From Alphaproteobacteria bacterium (lineage in GTDB: Bacteria; Pseudomonadota; Alphaproteobacteria; UBA7887): DNA of 64,000 nt. A program made the translations under genes and the position numbers. The notes under the pieces were generated by a model that searched no databases, was not told the origin of the DNA, and was given only the letters and a program-made list of their open reading frames with translations. Positions 9,166 through 19,241 of this stretch are shown piece by piece; positions within the stretch are counted from its first letter, which is position 1; the number at the start of each line of letters is the position of its first letter. The stretch spans positions 1,024,001 to 1,088,000 of the forward strand of contig CBDCGL010000011.1 in NCBI GenBank assembly GCA_965216755.1. The letters run 5' to 3'.

Positions 9166-12100
9166 AGAACCAGATCGGCGCTCGCGGCAAGCGCGTCTTC
9201 TTGGCCAACCAGACCACTAACGCCCTGAAGCACTGCGACTTGCGTGAACGCGCCGACGCCATCGCTGTTCACCAACACATTGGTGTTGCCGGTGCCGTCA
9301 TCCTGGAACTGCACGAAATTCGAGGCGTTGTTCGGGTTGCCGTCGTAACCCGTGATGATCTCACTCAAATCCAGCACATCCGCACCAATCGCAAAGTCCG
9401 TAATCGTGTCAACCGCGTCGGCGGAATCGATGGCGAAGCGATCGTTACCATGACCGCCCGTCAATTGGTCGGCCCCCTGTCCGCCACGTAATGTGTCTGC
9501 ATCGCGGCCGCCAGACAAAATGTCATCACCATCGCCACCGCTGAGGAAATCGAGACCACGGTTGCCAAGCATGACGTCGTCGTTGGCCGTCCCAACCACC
9601 GTGTCATTGCCCGCACCAGCGTCGATCCGTTCGATGTTCAACAACTGCGGCGCATCGGCCGCGCTGAAGTCCAGCGTATCGGCGCCGTTGGTGCCCAAAA
9701 CCGTGTCAAAGCCACCCAGGCCGTCGATCACTTCTATGCTGTTCAGATTGCCGAGATCGTCGGTAACCCGGAAATAGTCGGTGCCGTTGCGGCCTTGGAT
9801 CGTGTCCGTACCGGCACCGCCGTCAAACGTATCCCAACCTTCACCGCCACCAAATATTAGGAATGTGTCGTCGCCGTCACCGCCGCTCAGATCGTCGTTG
9901 CCGCGGTTGCCGCGAATGACGTCGTCGTTGGCCGTCCCAACCACCGTGTCATTGCCCGCACCGGCGTCGATCCGTTCGATGTTCAACAACTGCGGCGCAT
10001 CGGCCGCGCTGAAGTCCAGCGTATCGGCGCCGTTGGTGCCCAAAACCGTGTCAAAGCCACCCAGGCCGTCGATCACTTCTATGCTGTTCAGATTGCCGAG
10101 ATCGTCGGTAACCCGGAAATAGTCGGTGCCGTTGCGGCCTTGGATCGTGTCCGTGCCGGCACCGCCGTCAAACGTATCCCAACCTTCACCGCCACCAAAT
10201 ATTAGGAATGTGTCGTCGCCGTCGCCGCCGCTCAGATCGTCGTTGCCGCGGTTGCCGCGAATGACGTCGTCGTTGGCCGTCCCAACCACTGTGTCATTGC
10301 CCGCACCGGCGTCGATCCGTTCGATGTTCAACAACTGCGGCGCATCGGCCGCGCTGAAGTCCAGCGTATCGGCGCCGTTGGTGCCCAAGACCGTGTCGAA
10401 GCCACCCAGGCCGTCGATCACTTCTATGCTGTTCAGATTGCCGAGATCGTCGGTAACCCGGAAATAGTCGGTGCCGTTGCGGCCTTGGATCGTGTCCGTG
10501 CCGGCACCGCCGTCAAACGTATCCCAACCTTCACCGCCACCAAATATTAGGAATGTGTCGTCGCCGTCGCCGCCGCTCAGATCGTCGTTGCCGCGGTTGC
10601 CGCGAATGACGTCGTCGTTGGCCGTCCCAACCACCGTGTCATTGCCCCGACCGGCATCGATCCGTTCGATGTTCAACAACTGCGGTGCATCGGCGGCGCT
10701 GAAGTCCAGCGTATCGGCGCCGTTGGTGCCCAAGACCGTGTCGAAGCCACCCAGGCCGTCGATCACTTCAATACTGTTCAGATTGCCGAGATCGTCGGTA
10801 ACCCGGAAATAGTCGGTGCCGTTGCGGCCTTGGATCGTGTCCGTGCCGGCACCGCCGTCAAACGTATCCCAACCTTCACCGCCACCAAATATTAGGAATG
10901 TGTCGTCGCCGTCGCCGCCGCTCAGATCGTCGTTGCCGCGGTTGCCGCGAATGATGTCGTCGTTGGCCGTCCCAACCACCGTGTCATTGCCCGCACCGGC
11001 GTCGATCCGTTCGATGTTCAACAACTGCGGCGCATCGGCCGCGCTGAAGTCCAGCGTATCGGCGCCGTTGGTGCCCAAGACCGTGTCGAAGCCACCCAGG
11101 CCGTCGATCACTTCAATACTGTTCAGATTGCCGAGATCGTCGGTAACCCGGAAATAGTCGGTGCCGTTGCGGCCTTGGATCGTGTCCGTACCGGCGCCGC
11201 CGTCAAACGTATCCCAACCTTCACCGCCACCAAATATTAGGAATGTGTCGTCGCCGTCGCCGCCGCTCAGATCGTCGTTGCCGCGGTTGCCGCGAATGAC
11301 GTCGTCGTTGGCCGTCCCAACCACTGTGTCATTGCCCGCACCGGCGTCGATCCGTTCGATGTTCAATAACTGCGGTGCATCTGCGGCGCTGAAGTCCAGC
11401 GTATCGGCGCCGTTGGTGCCCAACACCATGTCGAAGCCACCCAGGCCGTCGATCACTTCGATGCTGTTCAGATTGCCGAGATCGTCGGTAACCCGGAAAT
11501 AGTCGGTGCCGTTGCGGCCTTGGATCGCATCATTACCGGCGCCGCCGCGAAACGTATCCACGCCGTGGCCACCGCCAAAGACGAGAAAGGTATCGTCGCC
11601 ATCGCCGCCATCCATATCGTCATTGCCTCGCCGACCATAGAACGTGTCGTCGTTAGCCGTGCCGACCAAATTGTCCGCGCGGTTAGTGCCGCGTACAACG
11701 ATCCCGGGATTGATCGGCCCGACATCTATGTCGAACATCGTCGTTGCGCCTGCTCCATGGCTATCAACCGCGCGAACGGCAACGGTGACAGGGCCAACGT
11801 CACCAGCGCGAGGCATGCCGGAAAACGTTCCTGTCGCCGAGTCGAAATTCAACCAGCCCGGAAGCGGGCTCCCATCCGGCAAGTTGGCTTGGTAGCTCAG
11901 GGTGTCGCCCGCCGTTAGATCGGCGTCACCGAACGCGTTATCCGGCATGCGGAAAAAGAACGAGCGCCCTTCCTTGCCGGACTGGTCGGCGAGGCCTTGA
12001 TCCACAAACGGTGCGTTATTCGTTGGTCCAGCAAAGGTACCTGCTGCGTCGCTCTCAGACGCTGCAAAGAATGCCGGGGCGGCCGATGTGGGGATGCTGC

Positions 12101-12632
12101 CGGGACTGTTGCCCTGGCCACCGCCCCCGCTGCCGTCCTCGGGCGCCCCCGACACGATACCTTGTGCCGAAATGTGGCCGATATCGAGGTCACCCAGATC
12201 TATCGCGCTATCAAAGTCAGACCCACCGCGCTCGATGACTTGCCCTGTATTGCCACTATTCTGGGGCGTACCGGCTTCCGGTTGAATCAATTCATCCACA
12301 ATGGGCACGAACTCGTCGGCCTCGTCCGCGGTCATCACGTCGTCGGTCGCGCCGCCGCTTTGACCGTCACCGAAACCCGCCATGGCGAGTTCGATCCGGA
12401 CCGGGTCCGGATCGGCGATTCCGCCGCCTTCCACGGACACGACGCCGTCAGGCAACATCAGAAGGGCTGTCCCGTCGCCCGCCGGAACCATGGTAACGTC
12501 AGCCGCTGCGTCGGAGTCGGCAACAACCACGATCCGTTGGCCAGGCTCGAGCGTAATCGCGTCAGCGGGCGGGACGTGGTAGCTGCCCACCTCCTGACCA
12601 TTGGCGTTGTCGATAACTCGAACCAGTGACAT
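9162..12632 (-). CDS. Large RTX-like Ca2+-binding T1SS-secreted protein with a cadherin-like/He_PIG Ig domain and six 115-aa repeats
   Basis: Many GGxGxDxL nonapeptides. Ig domain NNAPFV...LPGWLNFDSATGTFSGMP. C-terminal DTITDFAIGADVLDLSEI T1SS target motif. No Sec signal. Confidence 0.9.
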   Translation of the reverse strand: MSLVRVIDNANGQEVGSYHVPPADAITLEPGQRIVVVADSDAAADVTMVPAGDGTALLMLPDGVVSVEGGGIADPDPVRIELAMAGFGDGQSGGATDDVMTADEADEFVPIVDELIQPEAGTPQNSGNTGQVIERGGSDFDSAIDLGDLDIGHISAQGIVSGAPEDGSGGGGQGNSPGSIPTSAAPAFFAASESDAAGTFAGPTNNAPFVDQGLADQSGKEGRSFFFRMPDNAFGDADLTAGDTLSYQANLPDGSPLPGWLNFDSATGTFSGMPRAGDVGPVTVAVRAVDSHGAGATTMFDIDVGPINPGIVVRGTNRADNLVGTANDDTFYGRRGNDDMDGGDGDDTFLVFGGGHGVDTFRGGAGNDAIQGRNGTDYFRVTDDLGNLNSIEVIDGLGGFDMVLGTNGADTLDFSAADAPQLLNIERIDAGAGNDTVVGTANDDVIRGNRGNDDLSGGDGDDTFLIFGGGEGWDTFDGGAGTDTIQGRNGTDYFRVTDDLGNLNSIEVIDGLGGFDTVLGTNGADTLDFSAADAPQLLNIERIDAGAGNDTVVGTANDDIIRGNRGNDDLSGGDGDDTFLIFGGGEGWDTFDGGAGTDTIQGRNGTDYFRVTDDLGNLNSIEVIDGLGGFDTVLGTNGADTLDFSAADAPQLLNIERIDAGRGNDTVVGTANDDVIRGNRGNDDLSGGDGDDTFLIFGGGEGWDTFDGGAGTDTIQGRNGTDYFRVTDDLGNLNSIEVIDGLGGFDTVLGTNGADTLDFSAADAPQLLNIERIDAGAGNDTVVGTANDDVIRGNRGNDDLSGGDGDDTFLIFGGGEGWDTFDGGAGTDTIQGRNGTDYFRVTDDLGNLNSIEVIDGLGGFDTVLGTNGADTLDFSAADAPQLLNIERIDAGAGNDTVVGTANDDVIRGNRGNDDLSGGDGDDTFLIFGGGEGWDTFDGGAGTDTIQGRNGTDYFRVTDDLGNLNSIEVIDGLGGFDTVLGTNGADTLDFSAADAPQLLNIERIDAGAGNDTVVGTANDDVMLGNRGLDFLSGGDGDDILSGGRDADTLRGGQGADQLTGGHGNDRFAIDSADAVDTITDFAIGADVLDLSEIITGYDGNPNNASNFVQFQDDGTGNTNVLVNSDGVGAFTQVAVLQGVSGLVGQEDALAASADLVL
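9571..11640. repeat. Six tandem 345-bp coding repeats inside the RTX gene
   Basis: Marker gtgccgttgcggccttggat recurs at 9781, 10126, 10471, 10816, 11161 and 11506 (period 345). Confidence 0.97.
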
Positions 12633-12881
12633 GACGTCTCAAGCCCCTTTTGATTGCGCCGAGGCGACCTCGTCACGTCGCGCTTTCGGCCATGCCAGCA
12701 ATCTTGGGTCTGGGGGCGGTTCTGTAATGGTGCGATTGAACTATTGACGGCAGTTTTGGGGCGCGCATGTGCGCCCAATCACATTATATTTGTCTCTATA
12801 TTTGAAATACTTAAATGTACCTAGACACTGTGCAATCTTGTCGACGCCTTTTCATAAAATGTACACTAAATGCGGTATCGA

Positions 12882-13619
12882 CTAAGTTGCCAAATAACCC
12901 CCATCAACGGCCAATGTCGTGCCGGTAATAAAGGATGCGGCGGGCGAACAAAGAAACATCACCGCGGCGCCGACTTCCGCCGGCGTCCCCCACCGTCGCA
13001 TGGGCGTTCGCTCCATGATTTTGGCCATGCGGTCATCGTCCGCTTTGACGCCTTCGGCCAATTTCGTCTCAATCCATCCTGGCGCGACTGCGTTAATTCG
13101 AACGCCATGATGCGCCCATGCCACCGCCAGCGACTTGGTCAGTCCGATCAGCCCCGTCTTGCTAGCCCCATAGGCCGGCGCCACCGGATTGCCCGTAAAG
13201 CTGTAAACCGACCCGATATTGACCATGCAGCCACGCCGCATGGCAATTTTCGACAAGCACACATGCGACATGCGCATGGTGCCAATCAAATTCGCATTGA
13301 CGACATTGGCAAATTGTTCGGGCCTGAACTCCGCCCCGGCTCGCAAGATGGCGCCCGCATTGTTGACCAGAATGTCCAACGCATCGATCTGATCCAGCAC
13401 TTGTTCGATGGACAGATCGTTGGTTACGTCCATCCGATGCGCGTCCAGCGTGCCATACGGCGTGTCAACGACGCAGTCGTCAATTGACTTATTAGTTCGT
13501 GCTGTAACGGTTACTGTGGCACCCGCCTGCATCAATGTGAGGGCTGTCGCATAGCCAATCCCACTGGCACCGCCTGTCACCAGGGCGTGGCGCCCAGTCA
13601 AGTCAATTTCAAAGGCCAT
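12882..13619 (-). CDS. SDR family oxidoreductase
   Basis: TGGASGIG, NNAG, YGASK and TPMRRWG motifs. Confidence 0.9.
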   Translation of the reverse strand: MAFEIDLTGRHALVTGGASGIGYATALTLMQAGATVTVTARTNKSIDDCVVDTPYGTLDAHRMDVTNDLSIEQVLDQIDALDILVNNAGAILRAGAEFRPEQFANVVNANLIGTMRMSHVCLSKIAMRRGCMVNIGSVYSFTGNPVAPAYGASKTGLIGLTKSLAVAWAHHGVRINAVAPGWIETKLAEGVKADDDRMAKIMERTPMRRWGTPAEVGAAVMFLCSPAASFITGTTLAVDGGYLAT

Positions 13620-13661
13620 GGGAACACACTCGCTATTATCACTTCTTTCGCCGAACCGGAC

Positions 13662-14639
13662 CTAGCCAACCCGATTGAATGGGCTCGGCACCGGCTTTCC
13701 AGTTAGGGCAGCAATCAAATTATCGGCGGCCAACCGCACCATGGCATGACGCGTCTTCACCGTGCCGCTGGCAATGTGGGGAGTCAACACGAGATTATCC
13801 AAATCAGTCAAACCGTCGGTCACCTTGGGTTCAAATTCGTAAACGTCCAGCGCGGCACCGGCAATCTGCTTGTTACGCAAAGCCTCTAACAGCGCAACCT
13901 CGTGCACAACCGGTCCACGCGCCACGTTGATCAAATATCCGTCGTCCCGCATTTGGCGTAGGCGTTCGCCACTAATTAGATGTGTCGTCTCGGCCGTCAA
14001 CGGGGTCAACAGAACGACATATCGCGCGGTCGCCAACAGATCGTCAAGCGACAGCCAATTCGCGCCCAACGCGGCTTCGGTTTCGCCATCAAGCGGGGTT
14101 CGGTTATGGTAGACAATGTTCATGTCGAAACCAGCCGCGCGGCGCGCCACCTCTTGGCCGATGCGACCCATACCAACAATGCCCAGAGTTTCGCCGTGCA
14201 CATCGGCACCCCAAAAAAGTGGGAAAGACGGGCCTTGGAACTTCCCCGCTCGGGTGTAAGCGTCGGATTCAACAATCCGACGCGCCACCGCGAGAACCAA
14301 CCCCAACGCCATATCGGCCACCGAATGCGTAAGCACACCCGGGGTATTTGTCACCAACACGCCATTGCGCGTCGCCGCGTCCACGTCGATGTTGTCAACG
14401 CCAACAGCTACATTCGCAATCACTTTGAGCGTGCCGGCGTTGTTGGCAATCATCGTTCCATCAACATACGGAAGCGGCGTCAGAACCAGGATTCCATCGT
14501 TGCCGGCCATGCGCTCTGCGAAGACTTCTGCCGGCAACGGACCGGTCTTGAAGACGTCCACGTGATCGACCGCAAACAAAGCATTGAGGTCGGTTAATAC
14601 GTCGTCCGGCGCCCAGGTGTGGACAAACACTTTGGTCAT
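13662..14639 (-). CDS. D-2-hydroxyacid dehydrogenase (glyoxylate/hydroxypyruvate reductase family)
   Basis: VGVDNID, NTPGVL, GMGRIG, NVARG, LDVYEFEP and TPHIAS motifs. Confidence 0.9.
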   Translation of the reverse strand: MTKVFVHTWAPDDVLTDLNALFAVDHVDVFKTGPLPAEVFAERMAGNDGILVLTPLPYVDGTMIANNAGTLKVIANVAVGVDNIDVDAATRNGVLVTNTPGVLTHSVADMALGLVLAVARRIVESDAYTRAGKFQGPSFPLFWGADVHGETLGIVGMGRIGQEVARRAAGFDMNIVYHNRTPLDGETEAALGANWLSLDDLLATARYVVLLTPLTAETTHLISGERLRQMRDDGYLINVARGPVVHEVALLEALRNKQIAGAALDVYEFEPKVTDGLTDLDNLVLTPHIASGTVKTRHAMVRLAADNLIAALTGKPVPSPFNRVG

Positions 14640-14675
14640 GACATCTTTCCGCAAGAGCAAACTACCTTAGCGTAG

Positions 14676-15527
14676 CTATTGTCTATTCCACGCGACGACC
14701 TTTTGCTCTTGCTCGCCTAACCCTGCGATCCCCAGAGTCATGACGTCGCCATGTTTCAGGAACCGCTGTGGCTTCATGCCCATACCGACGCCTGGTGGCG
14801 TGCCGGTGGAAACCACATCGCCCGGATGCAAGGTCATGAACTGGCTGAGATAGTAGATCAAATGCGCGACGCCGAAGATCATTTTTGACGTGTTTCCGGA
14901 TTGCATCCGCTCGCCATTAACGTCTAGCCACATATCGAGCTTTTGCGGATTGTCGACCTCGTCAGCCGTCACCAACCATGGACCAACCGGGCCAAACGTG
15001 TCGCAGCTCTTGCCTTTGGTCCACGTGCCGCCCCGCTCGATTTGAAACTCGCGCTCCGACACATCATTGCAAATCGTATAGCCAGCCACATAATTGAGAG
15101 CATCGCGCTTATTGATATATTGTGCTGTTTCGCCAATTACGACGCCAAGCTCAACTTCCCAATCCGACTTCTTCGATTTCTTCGGGATCACAACAGGATC
15201 GCTGGGACCATTCAGCGCACTCATGGCCTTCAGAAATAGGATGGGTTCTTTCGGAATCGGCTGACCGGCTTCGGCCGCGTGGTCAGAATAGTTCAAACCA
15301 ATACAGATGAGCTTGCCAATGCCATTTACCGGGACTCCCAGGCGCGGCCGGCCGCGAACCTGAGGCAGTCGATTGACGCCGATCTTTTCCAACTTGGCCA
15401 AACCCTTGGCCGAAAGCAACTCCGGCGTAATATCAGCGACCTTTCCGCTCAAGTCTCGTATCTTGCCGTTCTCGTCGATGACGCCCGGCTTCTCCTTGCC
15501 AACCTTGCCATAGCGAACCAGTTTCAT
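14676..15527 (-). CDS. Fumarylacetoacetate hydrolase family protein (2,4-diketo-3-deoxy sugar acid hydrolase-like)
   Basis: CIGLNYSDH, DWEVELG, NDVSER, KGKSCDTF and STGTPPGVG motifs. Start MKLVRYG. Confidence 0.9.
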   Translation of the reverse strand: MKLVRYGKVGKEKPGVIDENGKIRDLSGKVADITPELLSAKGLAKLEKIGVNRLPQVRGRPRLGVPVNGIGKLICIGLNYSDHAAEAGQPIPKEPILFLKAMSALNGPSDPVVIPKKSKKSDWEVELGVVIGETAQYINKRDALNYVAGYTICNDVSEREFQIERGGTWTKGKSCDTFGPVGPWLVTADEVDNPQKLDMWLDVNGERMQSGNTSKMIFGVAHLIYYLSQFMTLHPGDVVSTGTPPGVGMGMKPQRFLKHGDVMTLGIAGLGEQEQKVVAWNRQ

Positions 15528-15562
15528 TTCTTGTCCCCCTAACAACGTGCCACAATAATTGG

Positions 15563-16288
15563 TTACAGCGTGATGCCACCATCGATCACGATGGTTTGGC
15601 CCGTGACGAATGCGGCATTGTCGTCGGCCAAATACACGCACAGCGCCGCGATTTCTTCAGGCGAACCGAGGCGCCCCATCGGTTGGCGCGCAACGAACGC
15701 CTTGCGTGCGGCAATCGGATCATCGTAAGCATTGATGCGATCCTGCAAAGACGGCGTATCGACTGTCCCCGGACAGATAGCATTGCAGCGAATGCCCGCA
15801 TGCAAATAGTCACTAGCAACCGATTTGGTCAACCCGATTACCGCTGCCTTGGTTGCCGAATAAGCCGCGCGATCCTTTACACCTTTCACCGACGAAGCAA
15901 CAGAGGCCATGTTGATGATGGTGCCGCCGCCCTGGGATCGCATTAGCGGTAAATAGGCCTTGATCATGCGGTACATGCTTTTGACATTGATCTCGAACGA
16001 CCGATCCCAGTCCGATTCCTCGCATGCCAACAACGCGCCATTCGCAACATAGCCCGCACAATTGAAAAGAATATCGACCGCCCCGGTGGTCTCCACCGCC
16101 GCCGCCACCGCCCGATTGTCGGTGACGTCAAGGCCAAACGGGCGTGCGCCAGAGATCGACTGGGCCTTTGCCCGATCGATATCGGTCGCCCAGACAGACG
16201 CTCCGGCGGCCAAGAACGCCTCGGCCGTGGCGCGCCCGATTCCTTGGCCAGCCGCCGTGATCAGCGCCGTCTTGTCCGCGAGTGTCAT
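15563..16288 (-). CDS. SDR of the BDH2/2-keto-3-deoxy-L-fuconate dehydrogenase type
   Basis: Diagnostic TAAGQGIG, FNCAGYV, YSATK, CPGTVDTPSL and ARQPMGRLG motifs. Confidence 0.85.
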   Translation of the reverse strand: MTLADKTALITAAGQGIGRATAEAFLAAGASVWATDIDRAKAQSISGARPFGLDVTDNRAVAAAVETTGAVDILFNCAGYVANGALLACEESDWDRSFEINVKSMYRMIKAYLPLMRSQGGGTIINMASVASSVKGVKDRAAYSATKAAVIGLTKSVASDYLHAGIRCNAICPGTVDTPSLQDRINAYDDPIAARKAFVARQPMGRLGSPEEIAALCVYLADDNAAFVTGQTIVIDGGITL

Positions 16289-16473
16289 GTTCACGCCCCC
16301 GCCTGTGCCGCCGCTAGCCTGCAGCATCGTCGCCGACAATAACGGCGAGAGTCCACATCTCGCAAGGGGCTTGGCTTCAATTGCGTCGGCAAAGCGCGAC
16401 AATTGCAGTTAAAACGCTTTGCCACTAGTGTGGCCGAAACATGTGAGGGTCGAAGTTTGGACGAGGTAAAGGC

Positions 16474-18012
16474 ATGGTGACGGTGGCGTTACGTGACGAA
16501 CCGACAGTGCGTCTGCATGATGCGGACAATGTGGTGACCGCAAAATCGAACATTGCACCGGGTTCGGTACTCACCGGGGAAAACCTGAAGGCTGTCGACG
16601 AAATCCCGGTTGGGCACAAAATCGCCACCAAAGACATTGCCGAAGGCGAAGCGATCCGCAAATACAATCAGGTTATCGGCTTTGCCTCGACGGCCATTGC
16701 GACCGGAAGTCATGTCCATACGCAAAACGTCGTCATGCGCGACTTCGAACGCGACTACGCTTTTGGCGCCGACGCCATGCCAATCCGAATGCTGCCCGAG
16801 TCTGAACGCGCGACGTTCCAAGGTTATGTGCGTGACGACGGCCGGGTGGGTACGCGCAACTACATTGCGGTCCTATCATCGGTGAATTGCTCCGCCACCG
16901 TGTGTCGATATATCGCCGACGCGTTCAAGGGCGACGCCTTGGCGGACTATCCGAATGTGGATGGCGTTGTTGCGCTCACGCACGGCACCGGTTGCGGGAT
17001 GGCTGGCTACGGCGAAGGTTGGGATTTGTTGCAAGCCACCTTCGACGGCTACAAGAGACATCCGAATTTTTGCGGATCGCTCATGGTTGGACTTGGTTGT
17101 GAGGTCAATCAAGTTGCGGCAATGATCGAGAAACATGGCTGGGCAGTTGGCAAGGATTTCTTCCCGCTCACCATACAAGACACGGGTGGCACCGCGAAGA
17201 CCGTGCGAGAAGGCATCGCGCGGGTCAAGGCTATGCTGCCGGAAGCCAATCGCGCGACGCGCACCACAGTTCCCGCGAGTGAACTGATTTTGGGCCTGGA
17301 ATGCGGCGGCTCGGATGCCTATTCGGGCATGACGGCCAATCCGTCCCTGGGCGCCGCCGCCGACCTGTTGGTCCGCCATGGCGGGACGGCGGTTCTCGCC
17401 GAAACGCCTGAGGTCTATGGCGCCGAACACCTGCTGACCCGTCGCGCCGTCAGTCGCGAGGTTGGTGAGAAACTGATCCGCCATATCAAATGGTGGGAGG
17501 ATTACACCGCTCGCAACGGTGGCGAAATGAACAACAATCCTTCGCCGGGCAACAAAGCCGGTGGCCTGACCACGATTTTGGAGAAATCTTTGGGCGCCGT
17601 GGCTAAAGGTGGAACCACCAACCTGGTCGATGTGTTTCAATATGCTGAGCGGATCCGAACCAAGGGCTTCGCCTTCATGAATACGCCCGGCTACGATGTT
17701 ACGTCGGTCACTGGCATGGTCGCCGGCGGCGCCAACGTGGTGTGCTTCACGACCGGGCGCGGATCGGTTTTTGGGTGCAAGCCGGTCCCGAGTATCAAGC
17801 TTGCAACGAATTCGGCTATGTACGGCCGGTTGGAAGACGACATGGATGTCAATTGCGGCAAAGTCATGGATGGCGTGCTGAACGTCCAGGAAATGGGCGC
17901 CGAGATATTCGACACGATCTTGCGCGTTGCCTCGGGCGAACCCAGTAAGAGCGAGGCGCAGGGCTTTGGCGACGCCGAATTCGTGCCGTGGCAAATCGGC
18001 GCCATCATGTAG
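16474..18012 (+). CDS. UxaA/GarD family sugar-acid dehydratase (SAF plus catalytic domain)
   Basis: GHKIA/KYNQVIG SAF domain; GTRNYI, HGTGCG, GLGCE, ECGGSD and NNPSPGNKAGGLTTI motifs. Confidence 0.92.
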   Translation: MVTVALRDEPTVRLHDADNVVTAKSNIAPGSVLTGENLKAVDEIPVGHKIATKDIAEGEAIRKYNQVIGFASTAIATGSHVHTQNVVMRDFERDYAFGADAMPIRMLPESERATFQGYVRDDGRVGTRNYIAVLSSVNCSATVCRYIADAFKGDALADYPNVDGVVALTHGTGCGMAGYGEGWDLLQATFDGYKRHPNFCGSLMVGLGCEVNQVAAMIEKHGWAVGKDFFPLTIQDTGGTAKTVREGIARVKAMLPEANRATRTTVPASELILGLECGGSDAYSGMTANPSLGAAADLLVRHGGTAVLAETPEVYGAEHLLTRRAVSREVGEKLIRHIKWWEDYTARNGGEMNNNPSPGNKAGGLTTILEKSLGAVAKGGTTNLVDVFQYAERIRTKGFAFMNTPGYDVTSVTGMVAGGANVVCFTTGRGSVFGCKPVPSIKLATNSAMYGRLEDDMDVNCGKVMDGVLNVQEMGAEIFDTILRVASGEPSKSEAQGFGDAEFVPWQIGAIM

Positions 18013-18034
18013 CAACACGTAGGGCCGCACGAAC

Positions 18035-19225
18035 ATGAACGCGCCACCTTCGGCGATGGCTTCGACCGCTGCTTCGCTGCCTGTCCGCGAAAGAATTATC
18101 AGTCTAGAGGATTCGGCGATCCGCGAAATCGCGCATGCCGGCATGGGCGACCCGGCGGTCATGCCGCTTTGGTTCGGCGAACCCGACATATCGACGCCGG
18201 ACTTCATCAACCAAGCCGCGTTTCAGGCCATGCGTGACGGCCATACGTTCTATACGCCAAACAGCGGCGTGCCCGCTCTACGTGAAGCCATTGCCGGGTA
18301 CACCGGCCGGCTCTATAACCTCCGCGTCAACGTCGAACGGATCACGGTTACGGCGGCCGGCATGAATGGCATGATGCTGTTGGCCCAAGGGCTCATTGAT
18401 CCCGGCGATAATATGGTTGTGCTGTGCCCCGTGTGGCCAAATTTTATTCGCTGCGTCGAAATCATGGACGGCATGCCGAAATTGGTGCCGCTACAACCGC
18501 GCGATATGGGCTGGCAATTAGATCTTGATGCGCTGTTTGATGCCTGCGACGCGCGGACGCGCGCGATCTACGTCACCTCGCCCAACAACCCCACGGGCTG
18601 GATGATGCGGCAAGACGAACAGCGGGCGGTTCTCGATTTTTGTCGAAGCCGGGGCATTTGGGTGATTGCCGACGAGGTCTATGCGCGGATCGTTTATGAT
18701 CGGCCCTACGCGCCATCGTTTCTGGAAATCGCCGACCCGGACGACTTGCTGATTGTGGTGAATAGTTTCTCCAAATCATGGGCGATGACCGGCTGGCGCC
18801 TGGGTTGGCTAACCGCGCCACGATCGATGGAATTGACCCTTGCCAAGCTCAATGAATATAACGTCGCATCGCCGGGAACACCGACTCAATATGCCGGCAT
18901 AACGGCCATTAAGGACGGCGAACCGTTTATCACATCGATGGTTGACCGCTATCATCTTGCCCGCGACATGGTAACCCAAAGATTGAATGCCCTGGAGCGT
19001 GTACGCATGCCGCGCCCGGAAGCGGCATTCTATGCCTTTTTCGCTGTCGACGGCGTAACAGATAGCATGGCATTTGCCAAACAAGTGCTCGCCGAACGCA
19101 AGATCGGCCTGGCCCCGGGCATCGCCTTTGGCGCCGGTGGCGAAACCTATCTGCGGATCTGTTACGCGAAGTCGGCCGAATTTCTTTCACAAGCCTTGGA
19201 CCGCTTGGCGCCCGCCCTCGCATAG
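18035..19225 (+). CDS. PLP-dependent class I/II aminotransferase
   Basis: WFGEPD, SPNNPTG, ADEVY and NSFSKSWAMTGWRLG motifs. Confidence 0.92.
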   Translation: MNAPPSAMASTAASLPVRERIISLEDSAIREIAHAGMGDPAVMPLWFGEPDISTPDFINQAAFQAMRDGHTFYTPNSGVPALREAIAGYTGRLYNLRVNVERITVTAAGMNGMMLLAQGLIDPGDNMVVLCPVWPNFIRCVEIMDGMPKLVPLQPRDMGWQLDLDALFDACDARTRAIYVTSPNNPTGWMMRQDEQRAVLDFCRSRGIWVIADEVYARIVYDRPYAPSFLEIADPDDLLIVVNSFSKSWAMTGWRLGWLTAPRSMELTLAKLNEYNVASPGTPTQYAGITAIKDGEPFITSMVDRYHLARDMVTQRLNALERVRMPRPEAAFYAFFAVDGVTDSMAFAKQVLAERKIGLAPGIAFGAGGETYLRICYAKSAEFLSQALDRLAPALA

Positions 19226-19241
19226 CAAGACACGCGATAGA

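Noticed and set aside
9493-11502. Series of near-identical 113-aa plus-strand ORFs, superficially like an array or CRISPR
   Set aside because: They are antisense shadows of the RTX coding repeats. There are no unique spacers and no cas genes.
12780-12870. AT-rich stretch with a repeated aaatgtac upstream of the RTX gene
   Set aside because: It is probably promoter DNA, but there are only two short copies and no assignable regulator. The sigma54-like candidate near 12680-12700 has the wrong spacing.
16876-18210. 444-aa minus-strand ORF
   Set aside because: It is the antisense shadow of the UxaA-family gene in GC-rich DNA and has no recognisable motifs.
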